The notes under the pieces: model-generated | What the model was told of the DNA's origin: nothing | Databases searched by the model: none | The model's input: the letters and a program-made list of their open reading frames with translations, nothing else | Program-made: the position numbers and the translations under genes | Assembly (NCBI GenBank): GCA_951406725.2 | Contig: OX597825.1 | Span: 11,594,001-11,658,000, forward strand | DNA: 64,000 nucleotides | Reading direction: 5' to 3' | Origin: Octopus vulgaris | Taxonomy: Eukaryota | Shown: positions 41,184 through 55,357 of the stretch, in pieces | How the letters are laid out: each line of letters opens with the position of its first letter | Position numbering within the stretch: the first letter of the stretch is position 1

Positions 41184-42929
41184 TCTATCAGTTATAATAA
41201 AAGAAATATTAATTTAAATCGCAATATTTGTGTGATTAGAAAAGGTATTAGTGAATTTTACAAGAGAAATGGAAAACGAAACAAAGTATCTAGATAATTA
41301 ATAAATTTAAAAGGAAAATATACTAATATGAAGTGTAATGGTGGTATATTGTTTATAATTTAAGAAACAGTGTATTACTCTTCGATAATGTAAAGGGAAA
41401 AGTAATATACAAGGTTACCATCATGTATCATAATCACGTGTCTATGCAGTAATTAAATTTAATTTCCGCGAAATGTTTAACTGTGCTCTGAATATTATTT
41501 GGAGAAATTTCAAATATTTGCTTCACAAGGTTAAAATCTATTTACCTTCTTGAGTGATCCTTTATATAAATTTTAAATTATTTACATCATATTTCAAGAA
41601 GATAACGTCAATATTATTTAGCTAGCGTTTTAACATTGATTGATTACTGCCCCTTAAACTGCATTCTCCATCATGCGTTTCCCTTTGCTTTCGATTTACT
41701 TGAAAGCTGTCAAGATGGTATCGCTGTACGCTCTCCAAATATATTACATTTGCTCTGTTTGCTAAGGGTTCACATCAACTGACGTTTGATTTACTCTATT
41801 GCTTGTCTTCTTTGGCGGCAACGACAAGAAATTTCTGCCCCGATATACTAACCCGTAGCTTTGTCATTTTAGACAAGATGCAATTCACACTATATCGATT
41901 CTAGATCCTTTGGCTATGGATCTTTTGAGGAAAGGCTATAAAATCTACGGTTTTTAAAGAAAGGAAAATGAACGGAAGAAAGATGTAAAGCGGTTTTAAT
42001 TTCCAAATGATGAAAGCTGAACATTGTAGCTGATTGCTAAATTAAGGTATAATTAAATAAATGCGTAAAACAGCTTTATCAAAGTAACAACGTGGAACAA
42101 ATAATAATAAAAGAAGCACTACTGAAATTATCAAAGAAAATATTCATAAAATATACTCAATAAGATTACTAATTAGAATTTCTTGTATACATATTTAACG
42201 TTCTAGGTATCTGAAATCCTGAAGCTAATTAAACATGTTATGTTGTTCTGTTGCAATCTACCCGATTCCTACCCAATAGTATATGAAGTAATTTTAAACA
42301 AATATGTTCATAGCAGTAGACTTCTAAGTATATGATCAATTTCAACTACATGATAGGAAAGTGAGAAAAATAGAACGGCTTGTATTGATCACAAATTCAA
42401 TACATGAAGTATACTAGCGACTTGCGTTTGATAACGTTTGATTACATATAATTGGTTGAAGTTAGATTTTCGTTTCCTGCTTTTGCTATCAAGAATTACT
42501 GCCTAGTTTTTCATAGATACTCTTTACACCCGCATATACTCTGCTATCGCACTTTCTGTTATGCTGGTAAAATATTATTTTCCAGATAGACACGTATTAT
42601 ATACTAAGATAAAATATTCCAGTGTTTTATATATTGTTTTTATCAGATTAGAGTTCGAGAGTTTCTGGAGTTTTTAATGTCTTTCGCTTGGAGAATTAAT
42701 ATTGCCTTTATTCCGATACTGCTCTCTAGCCAACGATTAATTGTAGTTTTATTAGGCGAAGGCATAACTGCGTGGTAAGAAATTTACTTCATAATCGCAT
42801 GATTTCAGGTTCAGTCCCAGTAGGTTGCAGTTTGGACAAGTGTCTTCTACTATAGCACTTAGCCGACCAAATTCTTGTGAATTGATTTCGGAGACGGAAA
42901 CTGGAAGAAGCCCGTCGAATATATATAGT

Positions 42930-43160
42930 TGCAATTTACAAAAAAGAAGAAAAGAAAAAAGAAAACAAAGACAAAAACAAAAACAAAAGACGAATACGGG
43001 TGTGTAAACAACAAACAGATTTAATTGTTTAACGCTCGGGAAGTGAGAAAATCTTTAACGTTTCGAGCTTACGCTCTTCAACAGAAAGGAACACAGAAAA
43101 AAGCAGAGAGAGAAAATAAAAGAAAAAGGTTTAGTGGCCAGCGATCAGTCATGGCGAATC
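42930..43160 (-). mobile_element. family E PLE-type terminal fragment
   Basis: ctttaacgtttcgagcttacgctcttcaacagaaagg. Confidence 0.65.
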
Positions 43161-43176
43161 TCTCTCTCCCTCTCTC

Positions 43177-43227
<51 letters not shown>

Positions 43228-43231
<4 letters not shown>

Positions 43232-43412
43232 GGAATTAACAAGAAAACAAAAGACGAGGATAGGCGTGTAAACAACAAACAAGTGTATCTGTTTAACGCT
43301 CGGAAAGGTGATAAAGTCTTTTACGTTTCGAGTATACGCTCTTCAACAGAAAAAAACACGAGAAAATAAACAGAAAGAGAACAAAAAAGCTGTAGTGGCT
43401 AGTGGTCGATCA
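43228..43412 (-). mobile_element. family E PLE-type terminal fragment
   Basis: cttttacgtttcgagtatacgctcttcaacagaaa, directly after (TA)n. Confidence 0.65.
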
Positions 43413-43450
43413 TGCATGCATGTATGTATGTATGTATGTATGTATGTATG

Positions 43451-43824
43451 AAGCTTGAGAGGCGGTTGGATGGAACCTACACTCGCCTCCTTATGAGAGC
43501 TCAAAATCTCTCGTGGAAGCGCCATCCAGCCAAAATGCAAATATATGGGAAACTACCACCTGTGTAATCTCTTGTGAAAGGTAGGAGAGTCCAGTTTGCT
43601 GGACATTGTTGTAGAGCTGAAAAAGAAGTAATTTCTACTCTTCTCCTCTGGAAGCCATCTACTCGCAATACCAGAGGGCGCACACTCCCCTACCCTGATG
43701 TAATCTCCAGGGATACAGGCATCCAGCAACAGGACCTCCGTAATGCTATGATGGACCGTAAAGTCTGGCGTAACATAGTAAATTCCATTGTCTCGACCAC
43801 GGTCGAACAATGATGATGATGATG
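43451..43824 (+). mobile_element. 5'-truncated RTE-clade LINE 3' end with a (TGA)n tail
   Basis: KLERRLDGTYTRLLMRAQNLSWKRH..RRVQFAGHCCRA..LLLWKP..GR..AMMDRKVWR is a typical RTE ORF C-terminus. One in-frame stop. Inserted in (ATGT)n. Confidence 0.88.
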
Positions 43825-46122
43825 TATGTATGTATAAATGTGTGTGTGAGGTGTTTGTGTCTGTGCTAGTTCCGCACCACCGGTTGACAATTTTTGATGC
43901 TGTGCTCACGTGGTCGTGATGTAGCGGTTCGCCAAAAGACTCAGATAGAATAAGTTCTTAGATTAAAATAAAAATAAATGCTAAAATTCTTCAAGGCGGT
44001 GCCCCAGCATGACCGTAGTCTAATGACTGAAACAAGCAAAAAGAGAAAAACGCGATCATATTCAAATTTTAATGCTGTGGATTCGTAGGATCGGTAAATT
44101 CATTGACGTAACGGCATCATTTACGTTTTCATTGGTAATGAGTTCGAATCCCGGTAACATTAACTTTGCTTTCAGCTCTCCGCGATTGTTAAAAGAAGAA
44201 CCATTTGTTATCGTTGACTATAGCTATCCTCAAAAGGTCTGTTTCAATCCCTCTGTCTTTTAGGTAGTATTCTGGTCCGTTTGTGTTCTGTATGCTTTAG
44301 CCAGGACTTGCTGCGTTATAGACAAAACAAATCACTATTAACACATGCGATATATTCTAAATTTGTACATTTATGTTTTGTTTTAACGAAATGTTTAAAT
44401 CTATTACAAAATTAAATTTCTTATTAAATTTCTTAAATTTCATAGTATATATCTGGTATGTTTTAGTTCCTAGCAAAATAAATTTTTATGTCAATGACTG
44501 AAAAAAAGACACTATCCATTTGTTCAAGTGTAGTTAACCTCTATCACATCGTAGAATTTCTTATGACTTTGATGGAAAGGAATTTGATATGATGTATTGA
44601 GAAGAATAATTTACTAGTGTTATCTGAATTACATCAAAATATACTCACTCTCTTCTCAAATACAATTCTTTAAACTGAGTTGTGTTTTTGAATGTTCTGA
44701 AATTCAATTGTCTCAGCATCTTTTTAAATGCATACAATTAAAACTGAACATTTAGATTACAGGATATAATAATTATATTTTAGACAGAAAAAAAGTTTAG
44801 AGTTCAACAAAAATCTTTGATAATTTTCCATTAATATGAACTAATTTTACCACTTTTCTTTCATTTGTGCTTCATTCCACATTGTTTTAAGTTAAATAAA
44901 TTGATTTAAGTAAAAATCTCACTCCTTTCTCAGCAATATATATCAAATTACAAGTCACTAAGAGGTGAAGCTTAACGTATTTGTCAAAATTTTAAATGCA
45001 TTAAGTATACGATCTTCTAAGATCTATTATTTTAAGTTTTATGCGATCTTATATTTTTTCTTAGAAATAAATACAATTTTATATCCAGTTCGGAGTTACA
45101 AGAAATTGACAGCCAATGTTAATTGAATTTATTGACGTGAAAGAAAAAAAAGTGTTGCAGAATACTGGGTGTACAATGTGCCTATATTAGATGAAATGTT
45201 CATTAAGTCTAAGCTGAAGTGAAAATAATTTTTTTATTCTAAAATTTAAAATATCTATTGGTTTTCTGATGAGTCTCCTATGTAAATTCTTTGTTGGCAA
45301 CATCTCTGTGCTTCTGTAGCATTGTAATGGCAATTAAATTACTGACGATTTAATAAGCGAACATTTGTAAGTGAAGTGGATATCTTTATGAAAAAACATG
45401 TAAAGGATTATCTTAATATTCTGCAAACCTATCCATGGTTTTGTGATATCTAATGACAAATACAGAAAATGCTTGGCTAGCTTAGTAGCATCAGTCAAAC
45501 GAAAACAACAATACAAATACAGTCAAAGTTGAGATCAATGGTGAATACGACCTCCCGGTCAACAGGTTCTGTTTAAATTTCATATATATATATATAAATG
45601 TATATATGCGTTTATATATATATATTCATATAAAGTAAACATTATATCATGAATAGCGATTGCGAAACCGGTAGATATATTAAAAATTATATTAAAACCA
45701 TGTAAGTGTGCGTATTTTCCTTTTTTAATTTCTTATATATATATATATATGTATATATACATGTGTGTAGTGTACGTGTCTGTCTGTGTGTTCACATACG
45801 TGTATACACAAATATATACATTAGCATACGTGTATGTATAAGTATTAACTTTTCTTTCAGTTTCATTCAATACTTTTATTACTCTCATTTTTTTGTTTCC
45901 CATTTTTTGTCTTCTTTTCTTTTTCATCTTTCCTTCATGTTATTCCATTCTAACTTTCGTACTACTTTTACACATACTCTCATTTAAATATTTTTTTCTT
46001 TTCGTTCTCTTTACGCATGCGCTTCATCATCTCTCCCTTTCTCTTAGTCCGCGCACTCTCTTTCATACATCCCAATATTCATATACATCATTCATTCATC
46101 CGTATGTCATATATATATATAT

Positions 46123-46352
46123 GGCGGCAAGCTGGCAGAAATGTTAGCACGCCGGGAGAAATGCGTAACCGTATTTCGGCTGCCGTTACGTTCTGAGTTC
46201 AAATTCCGCCGAGGTCGACTTTGCCTTTCATCCTTTCGGGGTCGATAAATTAAGTACCATTTACGCACTGGAGTCGATATAATCGACTTAATCCGTTTAT
46301 CTGTCCTTGTTTGTCCCCTCTGTGTTTAGCCCTTGTGGGTAGTAAAGAAATA
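46123..46352 (+). mobile_element. SINE family A monomer
   Basis: Near-consensus copy inserted in (TA)n. Confidence 0.92.
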
Positions 46353-46428
46353 CATATATATGTATATATGTATATATATATATAAGCATGGCTACAGCCT
46401 CATGTCCCTACCAAGGCATACACATACA

Positions 46429-46464
<36 letters not shown>

Positions 46465-46679
46465 TATATATATGTGTTTGTGTGTATGTATCTGTGTGTG
46501 TATGTATATATTTCCATCTCAGTTAATCAACCAACTAACCGACCGAACTCTTTCACTCTTTCACTCCATCAATCTACCAATCTCTCACTCAAGCGCGCAA
46601 TGATTCTGTCAAGCAATCAGCCATTCAAGTGGACAGCAGCTCCAAGGGAATGAAACCGGTATGCTCTGTGTGTCTGTAT

Positions 46680-46913
46680 GTGTGTGTATGTATGTATGCA
46701 TGTATGTATGTATGTATGTATGTATGTATGTATGTATGCATGTATGTATGTATGTACGTATGTATGTATGCATGTCTGTACGTATGTATGTATTATGTAT
46801 GTATGTATGTATGTCTGTACGTATGTATGCATGTATGTATATATGCATGTATGTATGTATGTATGTACGTATGTATGTATGTATGTAGGTAATTACTTAT
46901 GTATGTATGTACA

Positions 46914-46994
<81 letters not shown>

Positions 46995-47058
46995 ATCAAC
47001 TACCTATGTACCTATCGGTATATATGCATGTATGTAATTACTTATGTATGTATGTACA

Positions 47059-47119
<61 letters not shown>

Positions 47120-47192
47120 ATCAACTACCTATGTACCTATCGGTATATCTTCTTGTAATCCGTCTCTTTCATTATTTTCACTTTCTACATTA

Positions 47193-47234
<42 letters not shown>

Positions 47235-47311
47235 CTCACACACACATGTATACATTCGCTTATGTGGCTGTTCTCTCTTGTAATCCGTCTCTTTCATTAT
47301 TTTCACTTTCT
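46680..47311. repeat. (ATGT)n/(TATC)n field with serial local duplications
   Basis: 46889-47023 is repeated at 47034-47148, and 47151-47186 is repeated at 47276-47311. Confidence 0.9.
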
Positions 47312-47688
47312 CGATTTTCTTCTTTCGCTAATACCACTACCGCTAATGTTCAGGCTGTTTCGTTTCCTGATTATTGACAAAGGTTCCGCCTAATTTTCTT
47401 CAGCGTCTACAGAATATCTCGTTCTTTTGATTCCTATGAGAATTTAGAAGCGACATTTCTTTTCAATAGAAGTCTGCTTTCTTGAAAAATCCGGAGGAAA
47501 CTGAACAATCAACCAACCAATACTTTTCCCAATGAATATTATATTTCCTAATGGAAACTTTATAACCTACTTCTTTCAAATCATATGAACCCCATCACGT
47601 ATTATACGCACACACACACACACACACACATGTATATACAGAAATCCATACGTACACATATATACGTATATATGAATATATATACATA

Positions 47689-47742
<54 letters not shown>

Positions 47743-47921
47743 CTTATGTTCTGATAATTCTCTTGCACTTTCTCGTGTTTTACCCCTCTCTTATTGCCTC
47801 TACATCTTCTAGACTAACCGTTTGTCTCCATGTATATATGGATGTGTGTATGTATGTATGTATGTATGGATGGATGGAGGCATGTATATACGTATGTGCG
47901 TATGTACGTACGTAAGTAAAA

Positions 47922-47991
<70 letters not shown>

Positions 47992-48391
47992 AATATATAT
48001 ATAACATGGCCCTGACTGTATTTTCTCAGAAATGTATATATTTCCAGTAAGATATGTTTTGTAAACGTCGTACGAATCAAAAAGCAGCGATTTATAGAGA
48101 ACGAGAATTCTCTCTCTCGCATCACACACACACACACATATATATACGCATGCAAATACACACGTGTATGCATTATATATACTTCAATAGAGCTATGTGT
48201 CATTAGAGTTTTTAAGAAAATTAAGTGCGATTGCTAGGAAGGAAGAAACGTATAGACACGCACACACACACACACACACACACAGATATACACGTATGTA
48301 TTATGCATATATACAGATACATACATATACTTATATATAGGTACACATACTTGTATATGTAGGTATATATATATATATATACACACATACC

Positions 48392-48440
<49 letters not shown>

Positions 48441-48443
48441 ATA

Positions 48444-48494
<51 letters not shown>

Positions 48495-48569
48495 GGGAAT
48501 GGTGAAAGGGTTTAAGAAGAAAGAGAATATCGGAAACTAAATATGTTGAAGAATGAACTATTTTACTTT

Positions 48570-49320
48570 AATCAAGATCTTGTCGCATTGATCTTGTTTA
48601 GCTCCAGTTCCGTTGTGAATGCGAAAATCTTTGACACGTAAACCTATACGTCCGGAGTAGGGCATGAAGCTGCTTCCGCTAGTGGGGCCTTGTTCCGGTA
48701 GGTCTAGGGTTTCTAGGAGTGTGGAATCCTATCTTAGCAAATATTGTCCTGTAGAAATGACAAGTTTTCTATAACTGTACCAGTGCAATCCTTTAAATTT
48801 ATCTATTTAATTGAATAAATTTTACAGCAAAAACGCCAATTCAGTTTTGGAATGTCTCTGTCTTTGTCTCATATATTCCATGTATTACTTCACTCTCATA
48901 ACAACTATTTGTATATAATATTTAAATAGATTCAAGCGTTGCATTTGTGTCTCCGTACACACACACACACACACACACACATGCACACACATATACATAC
49001 ATTATTATTATTATTATTCTTTACTGTAGTATGGATTAGACTTGTTTTCAAACGCTCCAGTTTTGTTCAGCTTAAAGCATTTATTTACACCTGTTTGGTG
49101 TTTGCTTTTTCATTTTATCCCAAGTTGTCAAGGGAAAACCTAGTAATCTGTTACTGGTTTTCTACGGTTGTTTAGGTGCTCGAGGGACTATATTCGGCTC
49201 GCCGAATAAGTTTGGTGGTTGTTTAATTAATTTAATCAAACACGATTTAATAAGTTGGGAGAGCGTGTCTTGAAAACTGCCCCTCCCACAAATCTGGTGA
49301 CTGTTGAAGATTTCCCTCCC
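48570..49320 (-). pseudogene. possible decayed Penelope-like RT-to-GIY-YIG linker region
   Basis: Minus ORF contains IKLIKQPPNLF, similar to the RQPPNL motif of the PLE linker. Otherwise heavily degenerate. Confidence 0.4.
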
Positions 49321-49369
49321 CTTCCCTCCGTTACTGGCAACAAAACAGGAGAAGGGGAAGAGAAAAAGG

Positions 49370-50107
49370 AAGGAAAGTAGAACAGTACAAAGTACACCTC
49401 GTAGTAACAGCCGTAGTAGCAGTAACAGCAACAGCGGTAGCAGTGACAACTTTAGGGCAGCAGCAGCAATGGCAGCAACAGTTGTATTAGTGGTAGCAAC
49501 AACAACAACGAAAGAGACAGCGATACCAACAGAAGCGATGGCAAGGCAACTATAGCAAATGTGTCAGCAACAACAACAAAACTAACACCAACAACATCAA
49601 CAAGAACAACGACAACAACAACAACAGTAGCAGTAGAGCAGCGGCAACGACAGCAGCAACAATAACAACAACAACGAGAACATTACCGACAACAAAAACA
49701 TGTTCGCGGCAGCAGCAGCCAAAAAGGAGCAGCAGTTCACCGTGGACCTCACAAATAGAGATGAAATGTTGGCTCTAGCATGGAAGTTGACTAGACAAGA
49801 ACAAAACTGGGCCAACCTAACTATTCCGTCAGAGACAACTGAAGGAGTGGAGAAAAGAACCGTGCTTTTCAGATGTATCTCAGCAGAAACGAAAGGTGTG
49901 GCATTAATAGCCCAAGTAGATATTGAAGCGACGCTGAGGTGCATCAGGTATGACACCGAGTACATAGCAAAGGGCAAACAATGTAGCACAATTTCGAAGG
50001 TGTTTAAGTTAGAAGCTCTCGATATTAAACGATCAATGACCCCTTGCAAGTCATTATGTACACCTCCCACATGGGGAAACGTGCAGTTCATGTACGCATT
50101 CGTATGA
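49370..50107 (+). mobile_element. probable LINE ORF1 (gag-like) N-terminal fragment preceded by (CAA/CAG)n
   Basis: 135-aa ORF 49700-50107 begins MFAAAAAK (like the S/T-Y/F-AAA motif of LINE ORF1) after a low-complexity run, with protein-like composition. Confidence 0.5.
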
Positions 50108-50129
50108 TCCCACCAGGACTTAATATGTG

Positions 50130-50636
50130 GTTTAGTCTAATTTGAACTTCTAAGCCCAAACCAAATGATAGAGGAGGTCTATTGTAAACAGCTTGAGCGG
50201 CCTAAGAAGAAAAAGGACCTTTGTTTTTAAGACGAAAGGTGCACTTCCACCAGGACAATGCTCGGTGAGATATAGCGAGGATAACATTTCAAAAGCTGGA
50301 GCAGTTTGAATAGGTACCGATGCAGCACCCACCGTATTTATCAGACGTTGCCCCATCCGATTATCATTTACACCGCAATCTTCAAAATTATTTGGACTGA
50401 ACAAATATGAATTCTGTTAATGAGGTCAGAACAGTACCTGGAGGAGTATTTTTCGTCACAGACAAGTGAATTTTGGAAGAGGGGCCTTGCAAGTCTACAA
50501 GATAGATGGAAGAGCATTGTAGAAAATGAACGGGAGTATATTTTAGATGAAAATGAATTTTATCTTGATTTTGAAATAAAGGACTATTTCTTGCATGTTC
50601 GAATGCTGGCCATTCAAAAGAAAATCTTGCAATCAC
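50130..50636 (+). pseudogene. mariner transposase C-terminal fragment with a remnant right end
   Basis: HQDNAR at 50248, HPPYLSDVAPSDYHL at ~50326-50370 (YSPDLAPSDY motif), and FWKRGLASLQDRWKSIVENEREYI. Confidence 0.9.
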
Positions 50637-50783
50637 ATATATGTATGTATGTATGTACGTATGTATGTATGTATGCATGTATGTATACATATACATATAT
50701 ACATATACATATATATATATATGCATACATATAAGCATAAATATACAGATATATATGCATACATTCATATATGGATAAATATA

Positions 50784-50829
<46 letters not shown>

Positions 50830-50837
50830 ATATATAC

Positions 50838-50919
<82 letters not shown>

Positions 50920-50974
50920 TTATATGTTTGTGTGTTTGTGTACACACACACTCACACATACACACACATATATA

Positions 50975-51247
50975 TATATCAACTCATATATTATCATTCA
51001 CAATAATAAAGATATTCAAATGCATATGTAAATGAATACCGACACAACTACACATATACAGCATACGAAAAACCAGCAACTATTCCCTCCCATACCACCA
51101 CTTCTAGCAGCGTCATCATCATCAAATTATCCCCTCCATCCTCATCATAGTCCTCCAACTTGCATACATATATGCATAAATATACATATATATATATATA
51201 TGCATACATTCATGTATGGATAAATATATATAGTATATATATATATC

Positions 51248-51310
<63 letters not shown>

Positions 51311-52510
51311 TCAATATAGGGTGGCAAAAAAATTTTGTAGAATTCTTTTGCCACCAGCGGCCTAGTGGGAAAAAATTAAATAGTCATAAACCATTTTTAA
51401 GTTCAACATCACAATCAAGGAACGGCCATAATAGGCCATTCACCCACTAGAAATAACAGCCAAAAGCTTTAACCGCAAAATAACGTCAATTCCGTAAACC
51501 AGGAGAAAATTAAAAAACATTTACCCTGTAATTTCTTAGACGATGCACCGTTTCATCTACTGTTTAATGGAAAACTAACCTGATTAAATTAAATCAAGCC
51601 AATCTACCATAGGCCCTTAGATTCATCAGTAAGAAATAGCCAAGCCGGAACAGATATTTTTCACGAGGCATTCTCGTTGCTACCTCGTCAATATCTGACC
51701 TAAAATTTTCAAATCGTCGCACTCGCGCCAAATTTATCGGCAGCAAATAAATATAAGCCGCCGATTCCATTACGGAATTAACCAGAAAATTCATAATTAA
51801 TCAATATAGGGTGGCAAAAAAATTTTGTAGAATTCTTTTGCCACCAGCGGCCTAGTGGGAAAAAATTAAATAGTCATAAACCATTTTTAAGTTCAACATC
51901 ACAATCAAGGAACGGCCATAATAGGCCATTCACCCACTAGAAATAATAGCCAAAAGCTTTAACCGCAAAATAACGTCAATTCCGTAAACCAGGAGAAAAT
52001 TAAAAAACATTTACCCTGTAATTTCTTATATTTATTTGCTGCCGATAAATTTGGCGCGAGTGCGACGATTTGAAAATTTTAGGTCAGATATTGACGAGGT
52101 AGCAACGAGAATGCCTTCAACATTTAAATTTAATTTGCCAAAATATTTTCGTCGCTTTGAGACTGAGACCTGTTCACTGACAAAATTCCGCGCTCACGTT
52201 TTTGTGTTTCTTAAATTGCTTATAAACACCTTCTACGCTGCTATTGTTTACGTGTGTAATATTTAATATTTACTGCTGATAATAGTGACTTCAAAGTTTT
52301 ACAAATGGTGACTGAATAGATGTGCGTGAATTATCCAGTGTCAGTAGAGCTTCGAAGTCCTCATTAGGAAGAATTATTAAAAATTTGATGAAGATATTTC
52401 TAAAGTATTTTCCCCCTGAGATACAATCTGATGATTCCTTCTCTTGCTAGAAATCTGAAGTAATGGAGACATAATCTAGTTTAATCATAACAACGGTGAC
52501 CTCGATAAAG

Positions 52511-52553
<43 letters not shown>

Positions 52554-52660
52554 CAACGCATATATTATCATTCACAATAATATAGATATTCAAATGCATA
52601 TGTAAATGAATACCGACACAACTACACATATACAGCATACGAAAAACCAGCAACTATTCC
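50975..52660. repeat. ~110-bp direct duplication (50975-51086 and 52549-52660)
   Basis: tatcaac(t/g)catatattatcattcacaataat..aaaaaccagcaactattcc is present twice. Confidence 0.9.
51303..52240. mobile_element. PLE-type insertion at (TA)n with a 236-bp direct repeat and a 92-bp inverted repeat
   Basis: 51303-51538 = 51793-52028 (1 mismatch seen). 51666-51757 = reverse complement of 52025-52116. The PLE call is inferred from this architecture. Confidence 0.7.
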
Positions 52661-52986
52661 GCTAAGCATTCCGTCCAGCGTTCTAACGATTCTGCCAGCT
52701 CGCCGCATTGACAATACTACTGCGATTACATCTAGTTGCGGCAGTAGCATCGGAAATGCCACCGGTTTTTCATTGGAATCAAATACTTCAATATCATAAT
52801 CGCCATTGTTGACCATATCGTCTCTGTATTGCTTTCATTCCTTCAACATATAATGAAAGGATAAAATATTAATCTGAATTTGGCCAAAATACCAAACCTC
52901 TCAAATGAGACTCATACATCAAGAATATTGGCATTTTCTTGGGTGGTTCACGTCCGGGTGTTGTCTACTTCTTCAGCGGTAACGGG

Positions 52987-53049
<63 letters not shown>

Positions 53050-55149
53050 CATGTGGGTATACGTAAGTATACAAATTTATTCTTTTGAAATAGTGGGACG
53101 TAAAAAAGTCTTAGTTGTAATCTCCTCTGATGGTTGCTATACATATGGACATATTTCCATAAATATTCCTTTATATCATTAATCACATTAAATTGGTGTG
53201 TTTTTATACATGATGCCTTATCCCTAATATGTCGTTATGAACATATTTCTTGCTTCCCTGTTACATATATATACTTCTTTCTACTCTTTTATGCTATTTC
53301 GTTCTCTCTTTCCTTTGTGAATACTTGAGCTAATGCGTTTAGGTAAAAGGTTTTCGATTTTGATCCGACATCATAGGTTTGTGTAATTTTACTGTTTCGT
53401 TTTCTTGATATGTATCTAATCCTGCAACTATTTCGAAGGTTAACGTGTCTTGGTGATTCAAAAAAATGTAGGAAGCCAGCGATTGCTAGTTTGTATATGC
53501 TGTGAAATCAATAATTTATAACGTGGATGCATATGCATCAATATATTATGGATATGCATTAAGATACGATGTAACCTTCCGACGAACAGGATCGGCGTAC
53601 CGTTTTCATTATTTCGTTGTATGCATTTATTTCTACATTCTTTTAAGTTATGTCCCGCTTTTTCTTGTTGTTTTACCCAAGGTAAGCTCTAGCTGAACAT
53701 ATCTTTGATATAAATGTATTCCAGCTATGGTTGTCCCCCTTTTTTATTCAGATATTACGTATCTAATGTCTCCGCCCGTTTCTAAGATGACAGAGCGTAA
53801 GATGTGAGGAAATTCGCTCTATTTCACGCTGATTGAGTAACTACAGAGGTTTCCTTTCTTGGCTGGCATGCTTTGTTTTGTAAAGAATGCTCAACTAATA
53901 ATAAAATTTGCATTTCTCTCGACTGCAGCGACTATTATTCAGTTGATTAACCAGTTGAACTAGTAGTTCATTAAATTAGCCTGTAAATAACTGTTAATTG
54001 AAAAAAGCTTAACTTAGTTATGAGGCTCAGTCTATGTGAAAAAATGCGGCAAGGATGAAGTACCTAATTACAAGTACAAAATCTATCCGGTGGGCTTTTA
54101 CAAAGTTGTCGTTACCTCACATTCACACACACATTGCTGGACTCGAGTTTATTTCAAAGGAAATTTACCCACGCGGCCTCGCTCTAGTTCCGAATCCAAA
54201 ATTTGTGACTGCGAACTGAATTTCTTAAACATCTGATCTTGAGTCATATACACAATTTTGATTCAGCATAATATTTTAAACTTTACATGGAATAGTTATT
54301 TAAGATTTTTATCTCCCATGAATAAATATTTTATAGCATTTACCATCTTCCGTAAATCAGGCCACTTCAATTCTGCAACAGGCTGATGCGACCACAGTTC
54401 ATTGTCACTTTAGTTTCACTAATTCAGTGGAACTTTCTCTATTGTGCTATGCGTATTTACTGTTTTCAACTATAAGTATTTAGAGCATATGATTCAGAGA
54501 ATTTCATTGGCTGGTTTTTCCTGATCACTTGAATAAAGAATACAGTGCTATGTATGTGAACCTTTCCTTTCAAGATTTGTATTCAATACGTTCCTGCGGC
54601 TATTTTGTGGGAAATAGTGGTTAGAAATTGAACAGGGCATTTCAAAATTCCCTGCTACCCAATTGTTGTACAAAAAGGGATACTAATATTAAGAAAGGTT
54701 ACGACGAAATAAAACCTAAACAAAATGGCTTCTTTCTAGTGAAGGGTTCGTTGTAGTTAATGAATAAATACCACGTCTTATAATCTTGTGTTAATTAAAC
54801 ATCTGATGAACGAAGTGACACCACTGTTCATATATCACGATTGGCATCTGTTTTACGGTTTCGTAGTTTTGACTATTTATGACTAGAAGTTTTATGCAGA
54901 CAAAATGTTTGGAACACAAGAAGTTTCAATGATTCGTTTGTTTGTCTATCACTAGATCAAATCGGTTAAATGAATTTTCTTTATGATTAGACAAATAATT
55001 AATTGTTCTAGTTATTGTTTAACTCTTGTCCATCTCTGCCCGTATACATTTATGGACGCCCTCCCCTCCACCCATGTTTCCACATACATAGTGCGATAAA
55101 TATCAAACTACGCCTTACCAAAAGATTAGTTGCTTATAACAGGTTAAAT

Positions 55150-55357
55150 GGCAGCGAGCTGGAAGTATCGTTAGAATGCCGGACAAAATACTTAGCGGCA
55201 TTTCGTCCGTATTTATGTTCTGAGTTCAAATTCTGTCGCAGTTTACTTTGCCTTTCACAATTTCGTGGTCAATAAAATAAGTACCAGTTGAATACTGAGG
55301 TCCATATAATCGACTACCACCGCCAAAATTTCTGGGTTTGTACTTATCACAGAAAGA
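55150..55357 (+). mobile_element. degenerate SINE family A (alternative tail)
   Basis: ggcagcgagctggaagtatcgttag..gttctgagttcaaattc..aagtaccagttg. Confidence 0.8.

Larger units (their letters stand above)
42754..44045 (+). mobile_element. SINE family D split by nested insertions in its internal microsatellite
   Basis: Head/CORE at 42754-42925 and tail at 43835-44045, collinear with 37555-37947. Confidence 0.75.

Noticed and set aside
51600-51640. Minus-strand CUGAUGA followed by an AUCUA/UAGAU stem
   Set aside because: Followed by UGGC rather than GAAA; core incomplete.
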